Shown in pieces: positions 42,181-56,104 of a DNA stretch of 64,000 bases (within the stretch, counting starts at the first letter, position 1; the number at the start of each line of letters is the position of its first letter). The stretch lies in NCBI GenBank assembly GCA_951406725.2, contig OX597815.1:132432001-132496000 (forward strand), read 5' to 3'. Under the pieces are notes generated by a model. It saw only the letters and a list, made by a program, of their open reading frames with translations. It was not told the origin of the DNA and made no database searches. The stretch comes from Octopus vulgaris (Eukaryota). The position numbers and the translations under genes were made by a program.

Positions 42181-45100
42181 AGTTGCTGACTTCCGTTTAG
42201 GATACTTCCTGTTTGTGTCTCAGCTAGTCAGACGTGCATTTTTCGTTCTCTGGATAACCTGTTTTCTGCGTTGGGTACCTGTCTAAACTGTCTCTTGTAT
42301 TTGGATTATTACTTGTGATTTTTTTGTGACGCCTCCCAGAGCGGGAAGTTAAGATACAGTGGGGGGGAAATAGATATTCGTACATGTCAAAATTCTTTAT
42401 TTAATTTCTAATGAACATAAATGGGATATACCAATACTATATTTGCATACACATGTATAAACTAAGAATATGCAAAAGAAACTAATAAATTATAGTAACA
42501 AAGAATTTATATACAATCATAAATATTTAGGGGTGAAAAAGTATTCGTACAGAATAAATTTGTGATTTTCTATGCCACAAAATGCTGTTAAAATAATTTT
42601 TTTAACTAGAACTTTCTCGTTTGTTCCAATAATCTTATCAGTTGTCATTTTTAAGTGTCAAAACGCTAGCTTCTTCATTCAGCACTGAGAACTCACAAAT
42701 ACAGCGAAAAACTTAATTATTGAACAGTGGAAAGCAGGTAAAAGTTACAAGAAAATATCAGAGACCTTTTGTATTCCATTTTCTACCATATCTTCATTTA
42801 TTCCAAGATATAAAAAATCGGGAACTGTTGAAAACAGAATAAGATCCAGTGCACCATGCAAGATTTCCCCTAGATCTTTAAGAAAAATGAAGTGAAGAAT
42901 AAAAAAAAACGCAATAATCACCAGAAAGGAGTTGCAAGAAGATTTGTTAGCTTCAGGGACTAGTGTTACTCTACGAACAATCAGCAATGAAATTCATAGG
43001 AATGAACTGAAGTCACGCTCTCCCAGAAAAACTCCGCTGTTGACTAAAAGGCATAGAGATGCCCGTTTAAAATTTGTTTATGAACATTGAAAATTTGCGG
43101 CGTTATTTGAAAATTAAAATTCATTCAAGAGCCCCAACGTGCATTGCAGATTTGAAGAAAATTTGTCAAGAAGAATGGGAAAAAATTCCTAAAGAAACAT
43201 GCGAGCCATTGATTAAGAACTACAAGAAGAGATTGGTTGAAATAGAAGTGAATAATGGTTATGCTACGAAGTATTAAATCAGAATTATCAGTTATTTATG
43301 TTCTTTACGAATACTTTTTTCACCCCTAAATATTTATAATTGTATATAAATTCCTTAGTACCTATAATTTATTAGTTTCTTTTGCATATTCTTAGTTTAT
43401 GCATGTGTATGCAAATATAGTATTGGTATATCCCATTTATGTTCATTAGAAATTAGATAAATAAAGAAGTTTGACATGTACGAATATTTATAACCACCCC
43501 CCCCCCACTGTATATTTTTTAAAATTTTTTGTGGAAAAAAACTGAACTTTATTAACCCGTTGTAGACTTTTGGTTGTGCTCCGACTCTAAGTGGAGGAGG
43601 AGATTAGAACTACTATCTTTTGTTAGGCTTCGTAGAAGCTATCTTGCGTTTTTTCTGAACTATTATTATAGGCTTCCACTTTTGTCGAAGTGATGCATTT
43701 GTTTCTTGTTGTCTAAACGAATTATTGTTGAACCGGTGCAAAGTTTTACACCGAACCCTGCCCACAGTGGGGGTAGGACATGAAACAATATCCTCGCTAG
43801 AAAAAATATATTTTCTGTTTTGTTTCTGACTTTGTTAATTTCGGCCGAGTATGTCGGTCGAAATTATCAGAGAGAAATGTACCTTCGAAGATAGAGGAGT
43901 CAGTGGTGGCAATGGTTCTACCACTGCTAAGAAGTTTGCGGCTGTTGCAGCTGTTGCAACAGAGACAATTAATATTCCTCTAGAAAAACTAGAGGAATAT
44001 TTCAAGAGAATGTCGGAAGGGGACAGTGACATTAAGATATCGCCCGCTTCCAACAAAATACAGACAAAAAGAACTGTGTTATTCAAATTGTTCTGCACAG
44101 AACATAAAAGATTCCGGCATTTGGACAGGGAAAAAATTGAAAAGTGTCTGACCCCTGTGTGGAAAGATATTGCTTGTGTCCATAGAGGTGCGATTCAGAA
44201 CTGAAGAATTGGTCCACGGGTACTTGGTGAGTCCTCGGATAACTGAAGAGATAGCAGTTCTATCAACGTACATGGGGAGGCGCACTTCCCGTGCAAAGGT
44301 GACAGAAGGGCCACCAGAAGTCGATCCAAGGGAGGTGATGGCTGCACTATTGCTTAACATGCAGGAGAAAATTAAGTTCCTACAAATTACATGCTCTGAA
44401 CCCCAGAACTGGCTGGGACAGAGCATTTCAGTTGACATTCAAGGGCCACCGGAAGATATTGAAATGCTTCCGGATCGAGTACTCTTGGGGGAGAATGTGG
44501 CCCCTCGGACACAGGTGGAAGGGAAGAAACCCACCTGTTATTAATGTGGAAAGAAGGACCACTTTCGTTTGAATTGTGAAGTAAGGAAGCAAAATGAAGA
44601 AGAAAAAAAGAAAAAGAGGACAGTATTGGGGGGTTTACGACAGTTCGGAAACGAACGCAGGTGCCTTCCCCACCTACATCCCCCACAAAAGAAAACAACA
44701 GCACCTCATCACACAACAAAAAAACCACCCCATCGGCCCAAGTAAATTAAAAACAGAAGAAAAAATACTGATTGAGTATATATTACAAAAGACAGCTATT
44801 TGGAGGAGGTCATTACAAATCACCATACGACGGAACTTTTCCCGCAACATAGGGATATGAAAGAGAGGTGTGCCTGGATAGGGGAAACACTATACAGGCA
44901 ACTGAAAGAGAGGCGTCCTAAACTCATTAGAACGATGGCGACCCTGCACAAGCCCTAAACAGCTAAAGCTAGCTTTATCTCTAGTTCTTATCACTATCCT
45001 ATCTCAGTAAGTTTTGAACCTTCCGTCGCCACTCATCCAAGTCCACTCTGGGACGTTCGGATGGTTAAACCTGTACCGATCTGCTAGCTGAAGTCTCTTA

Positions 45101-46669
45101 AGCAGATATAGGAGACGTGAGTTCACTTTCCTCTCGATCGAGCCTACGCTATCGATGCGTGCGTAAACAATAGCGTTGTAGTCTCCTAACACCACTAGTG
45201 TCTTCGACGTTACGAGAATGTTCTCCAGACGCCGATAAAAATCAGTTTGCGATCCTCTAGCACAGGGTGCGTAGATTCCGATCAACCTGAAGGCCTTATC
45301 GCTGTGTGTCATATCAAGGACGACCAACCCACCTTCAAGGTTCACATCGACTGTACTTGTCTGCAGACAAGCCTTTTCGGACAAGTACTACTAAGCCCCT
45401 CACGACCTCCGGTCTGGCTAGAGTACTTAAAGGTACTTAAAAAAGAAGGAGACGGAAGGGGCTGCCCCACGTGTGCTGAGGTCAGCCACGACATCACCAG
45501 TCAAGGGTAAATAGAACCTTTGCTGTTTTCCCCTTGTTTTATGGCTTTGCTTAACTTGGGGTGCTTGAATATGCGTGGTCTGAGCTCGAAGTGGAAGCAG
45601 GCCTGTTTCCTCGACGATCTCAGATCACATGATATACATGTGATGGTTGCTAAAGAGACTAAGCTGGACAGTCTATAAACCTTCTCGCCTTCCTTAATGG
45701 CTATGAGAAAATCATGTCTCCTAGCCAGACCGGAGGTCGAGGGGGCGTATTAGTACCCATCCGAAAAGGCTTGTCTGCAGACAAGTACAGTCTATGTGGA
45801 CCTTGAAGGTGGCCTGTGGGAGTTCCACCGCGGGTTTTATAGTGGGATGGTGGGATTTATGTCAGAAGACGCCTTAGGGGAGACATTAGGCTACGATGAA
45901 AATCAGTTGGTCAACCTATTCAGGAGAACGTTCTAGCTGGGGTATCTGGATAATTACCAGAAATCCCTGGCTTGGCAGTGCTTTCGTGCGGCGTTACCTG
46001 TTCGTGACAAACTATCAAAGCACGGAAGTGACGTCTCACCGACATGTCCGAAGTGCGGACAGGACTGGGAAACCGTCTTGCACGCATTTGTGGAATGTCC
46101 GGAATTAAAGGGACTGACAGTTTTCACAGAACAACTGTTGGCATCGATGGGAACACTACAGCTATCAGCTGAGCCCATCATCGAGATTGTGCCGCCTCCT
46201 TCCATTACCGAGGAGAGGAAGGTCTGTTTTTTCTGAGTTGTAGCCGTATTAAAAGAAACGGTATGGAACACACGTGTAAAAAGAATTGTGACGGGTACCT
46301 CTGTATCCGGCCAAGGGATGGTCAGCTTTTTTTAGTTACCACCTCAATAGTAAGATCAGACTGGAGAAGAGGCACCTGTCACGAGAGAGATTCAGAAAAA
46401 GATGGAAGCTTGTAGTAAGAAAGCTGGGAGTGATTGACATCATGTAAGGGGAACCCCGGAAAAAGCTAAGGTTCTTCCCTGGAGGTTGGACGCCTTTCCT
46501 TCAGGCACCACATTGTGTAAAACAATGTCTATCATTATTTAACAAAAAAAAAATTATATTCATGATAATTTCAATTCATTCGTAAAAGCTACTTCACCAT
46601 TTTTATGATTGTCTGTCCTTGTTTGTCCCCTCTCTCTGCTGCCTTTGTGGCAAAGTTTTATGAAATAAT
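42181..46669 (+). mobile_element. Tx1/L1-clade LINE, rearranged and lacking RT, inserted in a family A SINE head
   Basis: ORF1 remnant 43851-44580 with zinc knuckle CY*CGKKDHFRLNC; ORF2 APE start at 45541 (MALLNLGCLNMRGL...KETKL); C-terminal ALPVRDKL...CPKCGQDWETVLHAFVEC; TSD-like TTGCTTACC on both sides. Confidence 0.85.
42357..43510 (+). mobile_element. Tc1-like IR/DR transposon, internally deleted, nested in the LINE 5' UTR
   Basis: TA TSD; CAGTGGGG...CCCCACTG; TIRs of about 200 bp with internal TATTCGTAC direct repeats; N-terminal GKSYKKIS, PRKTPLL and C-terminal NIENL..EEWEKIP..GYATKY with most of the DDE region missing. Confidence 0.92.
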
Positions 46670-46805
46670 GCTTGCTTACCAACTACATGGTTCCGGGTTC
46701 AGTCCCACTGTGTGGCACTTTGGGCAAGTTTCTTCTACTATAGCCTTATGCCGACCAAATCCTTGTGAGTGGATTTGGTAGACGGAAACTGAAAGAAGCC
46801 TGTCG

Positions 46806-46875
<70 letters not shown>

Positions 46876-47100
46876 TGTGTGTGTGTATGTTTGTGTGTCT
46901 GTGTTTGTACCCACAACTTCGCCTGACAACCGATGCTAGTGTGTTTACGTCCCCGTAAAGTAGCAGTTCGGCAAAAGAGACCGAAGTAATAAGTACTAGG
47001 CTTACAAAGAATAAGTTTTGGAGTCGATTTACTCGACTAAAGGTTGTGCTCCAGTACGGCCGCAGTGACATGACTGAAACAAATAAACGAATAAAAGAAT
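46670..47100 (+). mobile_element. SINE family A, 3' continuation of the head at 42141-42180
   Basis: Joining across the LINE restores the family A consensus. Confidence 0.88.
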
Positions 47101-47968
47101 ATGGATGAAAGAACTGCCTTCAAGAATTGTATTTTAAAATAAAATCAAGAAACCAGAATAAAACAAGGCAAACCATAGACTGACGAAGCAACGTCCGGAC
47201 CCAACCCTTAGATAAGTTATAAAACGAAATATCATAAACCAATTAGTCAGAGCCGAGCCATAAAAAGAATGAACCAACTCGTGGACAAAGAAATATAAAA
47301 AAAGAATATTTCACAAGCTGATTGATAAAATAAAAATTAAAAAAAGAACAGAAAATGATATTACGCTTTAATGCTGATTTGACTTCAGAAACATATCCGT
47401 AGTCGTGGTAGTGAGACGTGTTCGAAGTGGCTGTTTATAGATCTAGTCTTGGAGAGCCTCGGCTACATGAAGACACTTATGTATGAAAGGGTAAGTAAAT
47501 TGCGTTGGACTGTGTAAGATAAGCATAGTATTTTGGTCAATAACGTACACTAGAGGTAGATTTGAAGTTTATAACACATCAGAGGATTGGAAAGTTGAAA
47601 AAATAGGAGTCAATGATTCTGGGGTTAAGGATTCAGTCCCAATTGGTGGCACATTGGGCAAGTGTACTCTACTCTAGTCCCAGGCTGATCGATACATTGT
47701 GAGTGTGTCCAGTGTATTTGGGAACCCGATCATTTATATATGATGGGGCTCCCATCTAAAACAACGTATGAGTGTTCAGTAATAAGAACAGAATCAACGC
47801 CGACAAACTTAAATTAATAAGACAACAACGTTCAGCCTAATGAACCACTGAACTAGAAAGTTGCAAGGGACAAATACCACTAATTTACGAGGACGTAAAC
47901 ATACCAACATCAGTTTTCAAGCGATGCTTGAGAGACAAGGACAGACACACAAATACACACACACACGC

Positions 47969-48061
<93 letters not shown>

Positions 48062-48789
48062 ATGTAGGGGATGGGCTTCGTTTAGCTTCTGTCTACCAAA
48101 TCCACTTACAAGTCTTTGGGCGGCCCGAGGCTACAGTAGAACACACTTGCACAAAATGACCACGCAGTGGGACTGAACACCGAACCATGTGTTTGGGAAA
48201 CAAGCTTCTCACCACACAGCCACACAAATTCTGCAGTATAATTAATTCATATATCAGAAAATGCAGATATTATGATCACAATGTTTCAGGTGCTTCGTAA
48301 GTAATCATCATTGTTTGTAAAGATTTATTATCATTAAGTATATCTAACTCATAGCGGCAGTATACATGTGTTATCTATGAAATGAAAAAAATAAATGCAA
48401 CGAAAGAAACGATATGATCTATTACAGGTGTAACATATATATATATATATATATCTGTTCACTGTGCGTTTAGTAGGATAATGGAAAATAAATTAATCGT
48501 GATCTACTTAATTAGAAAAGGAAAATATTCAATTAAATTTTGCAATCTATGCAATGCTCTATGTGACACGAATGTTGATGCCAAGAATCGTAATTAACTG
48601 AGATAGACGTAAACCAAATGTGTGTGCAGTTAAACTGCTGAGCATACTGAAAATATAAAACCATATATACAGATGCTAAAATAATTAACTATATGAAACA
48701 CAAGACTTTCGAGATCCGAATATACTTGAATTAAAAGACAATCATTAATAGACTGGGTCCTTATCATGACACTAATGTATTACATGCTA

Positions 48790-49290
48790 ACACGGGACTA
48801 ACATGCGCCGAGACACGAATGCTGAAATCGCGTAAAGAATAAGAGCAAAATTGGAGGCGTTTAAGTTAATGACCATAGCAAAGATGAACAAGACCATATG
48901 TGTTAGGCTCATGAATAGCACCGAACTACATGCGATTTTATTCACGAGTGAAATGTAGACAAATTTTAAAAGGAAGAACATTGATTGGCCATGATGTAAC
49001 GGGCTATGATGCAAGGAATATGACTACGAGAGCAGATATGAAATTAGAGTCTTCGAAAATAGGGCGGAGCGAACGATGCGACTGCAGAATACCGAAAGTA
49101 AAAGTGCCGTCGGTTCGGCCATGTCAAAAGGTTCACAGACAACAGATGGATCCGTGCAGCTGCCAATTTGTATCCAAGAGATCGAAGAAGGCCACTTCCA
49201 AGGCCTTTAAAACGAAAAACAGACGATTTAGTTACACGATTTAGACCAAGAGGGGAAAGAATGGCATCCGATTGCCTGTTCGGTACAGTG
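48790..49290 (+). mobile_element. RTE-clade LINE 3' remnant
   Basis: GHVKRFTDNRWIRAAANLYPRDRRRPLPRPLKR resembles the RTE C-terminal GH..R..D.RW...PR..R..GRP motif. Confidence 0.7.
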
Positions 49291-49355
49291 ATCTATCTAT
49301 CTTTATATTTATCTATCAATCTGTGCGTGTGTGTGTGTGTGTATGTGTGTGTGTG

Positions 49356-49386
<31 letters not shown>

Positions 49387-49488
49387 TTGTGTGTGTGTGT
49401 GAGTGTGTGTGTGTGCGCGTGTGTGTGTACATAAAGCTAAACTAAATGTTATTACATATAATAATACTTACTAATATACACTAATATA

Positions 49489-49700
49489 CAGTAATCCCCA
49501 ACTATCGCCGATGTTACGTTCCAAAACCCCCTGCGATAGGTGAAGTAGAAACAGTATTGTACTGTATATATATTTTTAACATTTTTATAATTTGTATTTA
49601 TTGATTTTAATGTAAATGCAAAACAACACCACGGAGGAATCGATTAAGCTTAAATAAAAAACCGCGATAAGTGAAGAGCGATATGACGAGCGATCACCCT
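49489..49700 (+). mobile_element. pogo/Tigger-type MITE
   Basis: Homologous to 1887-2509 and 61823-62038. Confidence 0.75.
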
Positions 49701-49707
49701 ATATATT

Positions 49708-50050
49708 CCTTTACTTGTTTCAGTAGTTTGACTGCGGCCATACTGGAGCACCACTTTTAGTCCCACAAATCGGCCCCAGGAATTATTCTTTCTAAGCCTA
49801 GTACTTATTTTATCGGTCTCTTTTGGTGAATCGCTAAGTGACGGGGACGTAAACACACCAGCATTGGTTGTTAAGCAATGCTAGAGGGACAAACACAGAC
49901 ACACAAAGATATACCCCCACACACACACATATACATATATACGACGGGCTTCTTTCCGTTTCCGTCTACTAAATCCACTCACAAGGCTTTAGTCGGCCCG
50001 AGGCTATAGTAGAAGATACCTGCCCAGGGTGCCACGCAAGTTACTTACCA
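49708..50050 (-). mobile_element. SINE family A
   Basis: Reverse complement of the family A core and tail. Confidence 0.88.
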
Positions 50051-50870
50051 TAGAGACACGTTAACGAAAGAAAGTTGCCACAATTAGCAGAAGTAATTTT
50101 TTAAAATTATTATTCATCATATAAAGGCGATGATGTAGCAGAATTGTGCGGACCAGAAAATACGCTTTACGACATTGTTTTCATAAGTTAACGTTTTGAC
50201 TTTAGATCCGGCTGAGATCAACTTTGCCTTTATCCTTTTAGGTTCGATAAAAAAAGTACCAGTCATGTACTGGAGTCGAGGTAATCGACTACGCTACACT
50301 CCCTTCAGACTGCAATATTTGTGCCTATATTTAAAACAGTTATTAGTTACCAATACACATTAGCGTTTTCAACCCTACTACCATCTCTAAAAAATTTCTG
50401 AAATATCGAGTACACTGATTTATACGTTCACGTACACTCACACAGACACAGACACACACACACATATATATATATACATACATTAATACATACATATATA
50501 TATGTATGTATATATAAATGAACAAGCTGTTTTTACATTCACAAAATTTTATTTGACAAATTCGAGAAACTCTAATAATAATGAAGAAATAAAAATAATT
50601 TTTTTCTAAAATTCTGACTTTTTTCTCAATATTCAAATTTCTGAAGGCGGCGAGCTGGCAGAAACGTTAGAATACTGGGCGAAATGCTTAGCGGCATTTC
50701 GTCTATCTTTACGGTCTAAGTTCAAGATCCGCCGGTCGATAAATTAAGTACCAGTTGCATTCTGGGGTCGATCTTGTCGACTGGCCTCTTCCCCCAAACT
50801 TTGAGCCTTGTACCTAGAGTAAATAAGAATATTCAAATTTTTGTACCACACACCTAACACATACTCTGTG

Positions 50871-50902
<32 letters not shown>

Positions 50903-50951
50903 GCTCGCTCTCTCTCTCTCGCTTGCTCTCTCTCTCTCTCTCCATCTCTCT

Positions 50952-51010
<59 letters not shown>

Positions 51011-51011
51011 T

Positions 51012-51049
<38 letters not shown>

Positions 51050-52024
51050 CGGTCTGATAAATACTGGTTTTCTATTTCTGTTAATCTGTTCATTTATTTC
51101 GGTTATAAGTTAGGCAGACGTTTTTCTATTCGAATAATTCACCTTCCTTTCAGAAGCTTACAAAACAAGAACAAACCAGGTTGGTATATGAGGCTTCCAA
51201 ATAGGAAAGCGTTGTGCTAGAACACATATATATATATATATATATATATATCATGTAACTTCCTTTCTTTTCTCTCCATCATTTTATTCTTAATTACAAA
51301 TATATTTACTTTTCTTACTCACACACTAGCCATACATCCCCCCTCTCTCTCTTTATACTAGAGTCAATGTGTATCTAGTCTCCCTCTCTCACTTTCTCCA
51401 AATATATATCCTTTTATTCTCTCACTCTTTTTTCTCGCCATCACTTTGCTCTTATTAACAAAGTTTTCCTTTCTCACTCACACCCAAGCGAAACATCCTC
51501 CTCTCTCCCTCCGTACTAGAATAAATGTGTATGTAGTCTCCCCTCCCTCTCTCTCCCTCCCTTTCTCTCTCTCCCTCTCTCTCCCTCTCTCTCCCTCTCT
51601 CTCTCTCTCTCTCTCACGCACACACACATTCTCCAGATATATATCCTTTTTCCCTCTCGATCTTTTCGCTCTTTCTCTGTGCTAGAATAAATATGTATAC
51701 AGTCTCTCTCTTCCTCTCTCTCACTCCCACTAACTCCTCTCCCCCTTCCCTATCTCCATCCACCCACACCAACAACCCAATCCCCCACCGTTACCTGCCC
51801 ATCTTCTCCCCTGCATACCTACCCTTCCTCATCTCTGTCTCCCTCTCAACCTCCTCTCTGCCCCCTTCTCTGCCTCAACTTTCCTGTCTCTCTCCTCACA
51901 TTTCCACCATTACACCCTTTAGTATCCTCCCTCCCCCAGCCTGCTTCCCCCCTTACCTACCCAACTTATTTCCACTCCCCTACGCTCATTCTATCACACC
52001 TCGGCTCTCTATAGTACCTATATA

Positions 52025-52264
52025 TTTATTACCCACAAGGGGCTAAACGTAGAGGGGACAAACAAGGACAGACATAGGTATTAAGTCGATTACATCGACC
52101 CCAGTGCGTAACTGGTACTTAATTTATCGACCCTGATGAAAGGCAAAGTCGACCTCGGCGGAATTTGAACTCACAACGTAACGGCAGCCGAAATACCGCT
52201 AAGCATTTCACCCGACGTGCTAACGTTTCTGCCAGCTCGCCGCCTTGGACCAGCTCGCCGCCTT
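52025..52264 (-). mobile_element. SINE family B with a duplicated 5' end
   Basis: Matches family B; CCAGCTCGCCGCCTT appears twice at 52232-52265; TAGTACC flanks both sides. Confidence 0.88.
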
Positions 52265-52599
52265 AGTACCACAGCTACATACAAGGAAGGTGACATGAAA
52301 TATAGACTGAGAAAGACTCTATATACCCATGTGGACCATTTACATACTAGCTAATCACTTCAATATCAATGTATCATTCAAAATACTGCGCAAATACTGC
52401 CTGGATTTTTCTGGGATTATACCTCCGTGCCTATACCTTCACAGAAGTACGAACCAACCTCCATACCCTCAGGAAAAAGACGAACTGTGATTTTATTCTC
52501 CTGTCTGCATTCTTTTATCTACTTTACTCTTTATTCTTCTATTTTATTCCTTACAAACTGTGAATTTCTCTGTCTACAACTTTCATACATACTCACCTT

Positions 52600-52675
52600 G
52601 TCTCTGATGACGGGATACCAAGGGCATGAACATGCTAGCCTATCACTTGGAATGTTCTAGAAACAGATTTAAGAC
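52600..52675 (+). ncRNA. Hammerhead motif with decayed stem III, in a Penelope-like remnant (about 52270-52850) ending in (TA)n
   Basis: GTCT-CTGATGA-C-GGGATACCAAG...CTTGGAATGTTCT-A-GAAAC-AGAT-TT-A-AGAC. Confidence 0.6.
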
Positions 52676-52851
52676 TTCAAATTTACCCTTATTAAATTAT
52701 TCTATATAACTTCAGATACTCGTCCTACCTTAGTTGTTGTCCCCTAATATAATATGTACCTGCAAACACGGAAACTTAATACGGATCCCCAGCTCTAGCC
52801 TCAGCTGTGAACTGCGAACCTAGCGGATGACCATCTACATGTATGCAGATA

Positions 52852-52917
<66 letters not shown>

Positions 52918-53158
52918 CTGTGTGTGTGTGAGTATACACAGTAAGACAGAACGTTGTATATATAAATATAGATTCACATAACTAAGTATAAACATGTTTC
53001 ATTATTATTCGATGACCAATCGTTATCGGCAAAATAATCATTTCTTGATTTCTACATTGCATTGTTCATCTCCAAATTATTCTGTGCTATTATTATTACA
53101 TTCATAGATTTGCTTATTCATTTCAAAAAATATTTTGCTTCTCAATCAATCAATCAAT

Positions 53159-53195
<37 letters not shown>

Positions 53196-53816
53196 TACAT
53201 TTGTGTATGTATGTATTATGTATGTATGCATAACGCCTGTGTGTTCGACAACGAGTGCGTAAAAGGAAGCACTATATCGTGTATGAGTAGACAATAGAGC
53301 CATATATGGAGGCTATGTATATGGACATACATACATATACATACATATACATACATATATATGTATGTATGCCACGTTTGTTGTCGCATGAGAGTTGGCA
53401 GTTAGAAAGAAACGTTCGAGGAGAGATTTATGCGAACTTTCTCAGGTGGGATTCAAATCTTAAATCATAGATATGAATATATATTTCAGGAATTAACACT
53501 ACTATGCAGACAAAAGAAAACATTGACCTACACACCGACGCAAACACACAAGTACAAGTAACTAAATATATATGTATTATGTATTGTTATTCCTGCGCGT
53601 GTATACGCTATATATATGGATATAAGCGTATATATGTATAAAGATGACATTTAAGTCCAATTACTTGGACTCTCACACTCTCGCACACACACGCACTCTA
53701 TCTCACTAAATATATATATATATACGTATACGCACATACATACATGCATGCATACATGCATGCATACATACATACATACATACATACATACATACATACA
53801 TACATACATACATACA

Positions 53817-53850
<34 letters not shown>

Positions 53851-53992
53851 GAGACACCGAGGTCGTCTTTGCCTTTCATATTTTCGGGGTCGATTAAATA
53901 AGTACCAGTTACGCACTGGAGTCGATGTAATCGACTTAATCCCTTTGCCTGTCCTTGTTTGTCCCCTCTATGTTTAGCCCCTTGTGGGCAAT

Positions 53993-54086
<94 letters not shown>

Positions 54087-54093
54087 AAGATAT

Positions 54094-54164
<71 letters not shown>

Positions 54165-54202
54165 TACATATTTATATATAAACATATATATAATCTAATA
54201 TT

Positions 54203-54251
<49 letters not shown>

Positions 54252-54838
54252 TATATATATGTATATGTACACATACACACACACACATATATATATATGG
54301 GTACAGGACGTCACAAACCGTAAACAACGTGAAATACGAAGATAAAAGTGTTGAATACATAAAGAACCACCCTTCATCAGTTGTCGGCTGTCCATCTACT
54401 TATTTCAATCATAGAACAACAATATGAGTCTTCGGAGAGCAGTAGCTCCCGCAAACCAAAAATAAAATGTTTGGATTTGCGGCGGATCAAAGTTGGCAAC
54501 AAAAACAGCACAGAGGAGAAAACAACCATAGAGCGTCGTTAGACCAGATGAAGGTAAAATAGCGAACGCTGGAGAAATATTCGTGGCTGATTGGGAGATG
54601 GTGCGTGCCCTAACTCGTCTGTAAGAATTCGGAAGTATTTTATTCAATGTAAGGTTTTTCCTCGAATTTTATAATTTATATATATATATATGTATATATA
54701 TTTTAAACTCATTTTTGTTTATCGCTCGAAAATTGACCGTTATTTGTAAAGGACCAATCAAACAAGTTCATTTTTAAAGGTATAGCGTTTATACTAGTCT
54801 GGATAGAATTGACATATCGGTTCTATTCTAGCAAAAAA

Positions 54839-54874
54839 TGTCCGATGAACGGCAACGCGAAACTCAGAGTAACA
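54839..54874 (+). ncRNA. Minimal hammerhead-like motif with CCGA core
   Basis: TGT-CCGATGA-A-CG gcaa CG-C-GAAACTCAGAGT-A-ACA; homolog at 28791-28826. Confidence 0.55.
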
Positions 54875-54979
54875 GGTTTTGTTGAATTTTCTGCTGCTTT
54901 AAATAAAGCATATTACTCTACCACTGGTATTTGAGTACTCTTTTTTCCACCTTGTTTCACATTTATGTGTTTACTCCGG

Positions 54980-55043
<64 letters not shown>

Positions 55044-55139
55044 TAAAAGTATATATACATATATATATATGCATATATATAGAGAGACATATTTGCATAT
55101 ATGCGTGAATAAGTGTGTTTGCATGAACGTTGGTGTGTA

Positions 55140-55173
<34 letters not shown>

Positions 55174-56008
55174 AGCAGACTAACACAAATATGTTGTAAT
55201 GTTCGTGATTTTTATATATTTCAAGAAAACCGGACATCGGACTGAAGATGCATTTTATTTATTAGTAATTTTTATGAGAGACAAAAATATACAAGTACAA
55301 ACTTGCTCACTGACACGCAACAATATATATGTGTGGGTGTGTGTGTGTATCTGCATATATAAAAAGCAGGATGTGTGTGTGTGTGTGTACGTGAATGTAA
55401 TTTATACACGTCTACAATTTAGCACGCATATCGCTCCAATTATAGAACATTTGTTATGACCCTAGCTGTGTTTTCGTCAACTCATTTTTCCCAGGGGCAC
55501 CAGCGAGTAGCAGTAAAAATAAATTATCAACCAAACCTTTTAACAATTTTCAAGTCGGAGAAATCACCATTCTTTGGAAACAGGAGTTAAGTCCCCTTCT
55601 AGCGACGAGTAAGGTTTTCGTTAAAACTTTTGTTGTTTTTTTTCCATCGAGGAAACAAGTGTTTTGTTGATATACGGGCAACACACACAGACACACACAC
55701 ACACACGTGCACGTTCACACACGCACACACACACACACACGTGCACGTTCACACACGCACACACACACACACGTGCACGTGCGCACACACACACACACAC
55801 ATGAACATGATTTTTTTAGAAAAACATGTATGCAGTAGGTGTACCTACGTACGTGCGTGTTTGTGCGTGCGTTGCCCATATATATATGTATATATATATA
55901 TATATATATCAATTTCAACGGATTTCGCCCAAATTTGACGTCGATGTTACTTATTTTGGTTTGAAATATAGAACTTCATTAGCTTATTAATCCTAACTTT
56001 ATCCCGGG

Positions 56009-56065
<57 letters not shown>

Positions 56066-56104
56066 ATTTATATATATATATATATACTGCAAGTATATAT
56101 ATAT

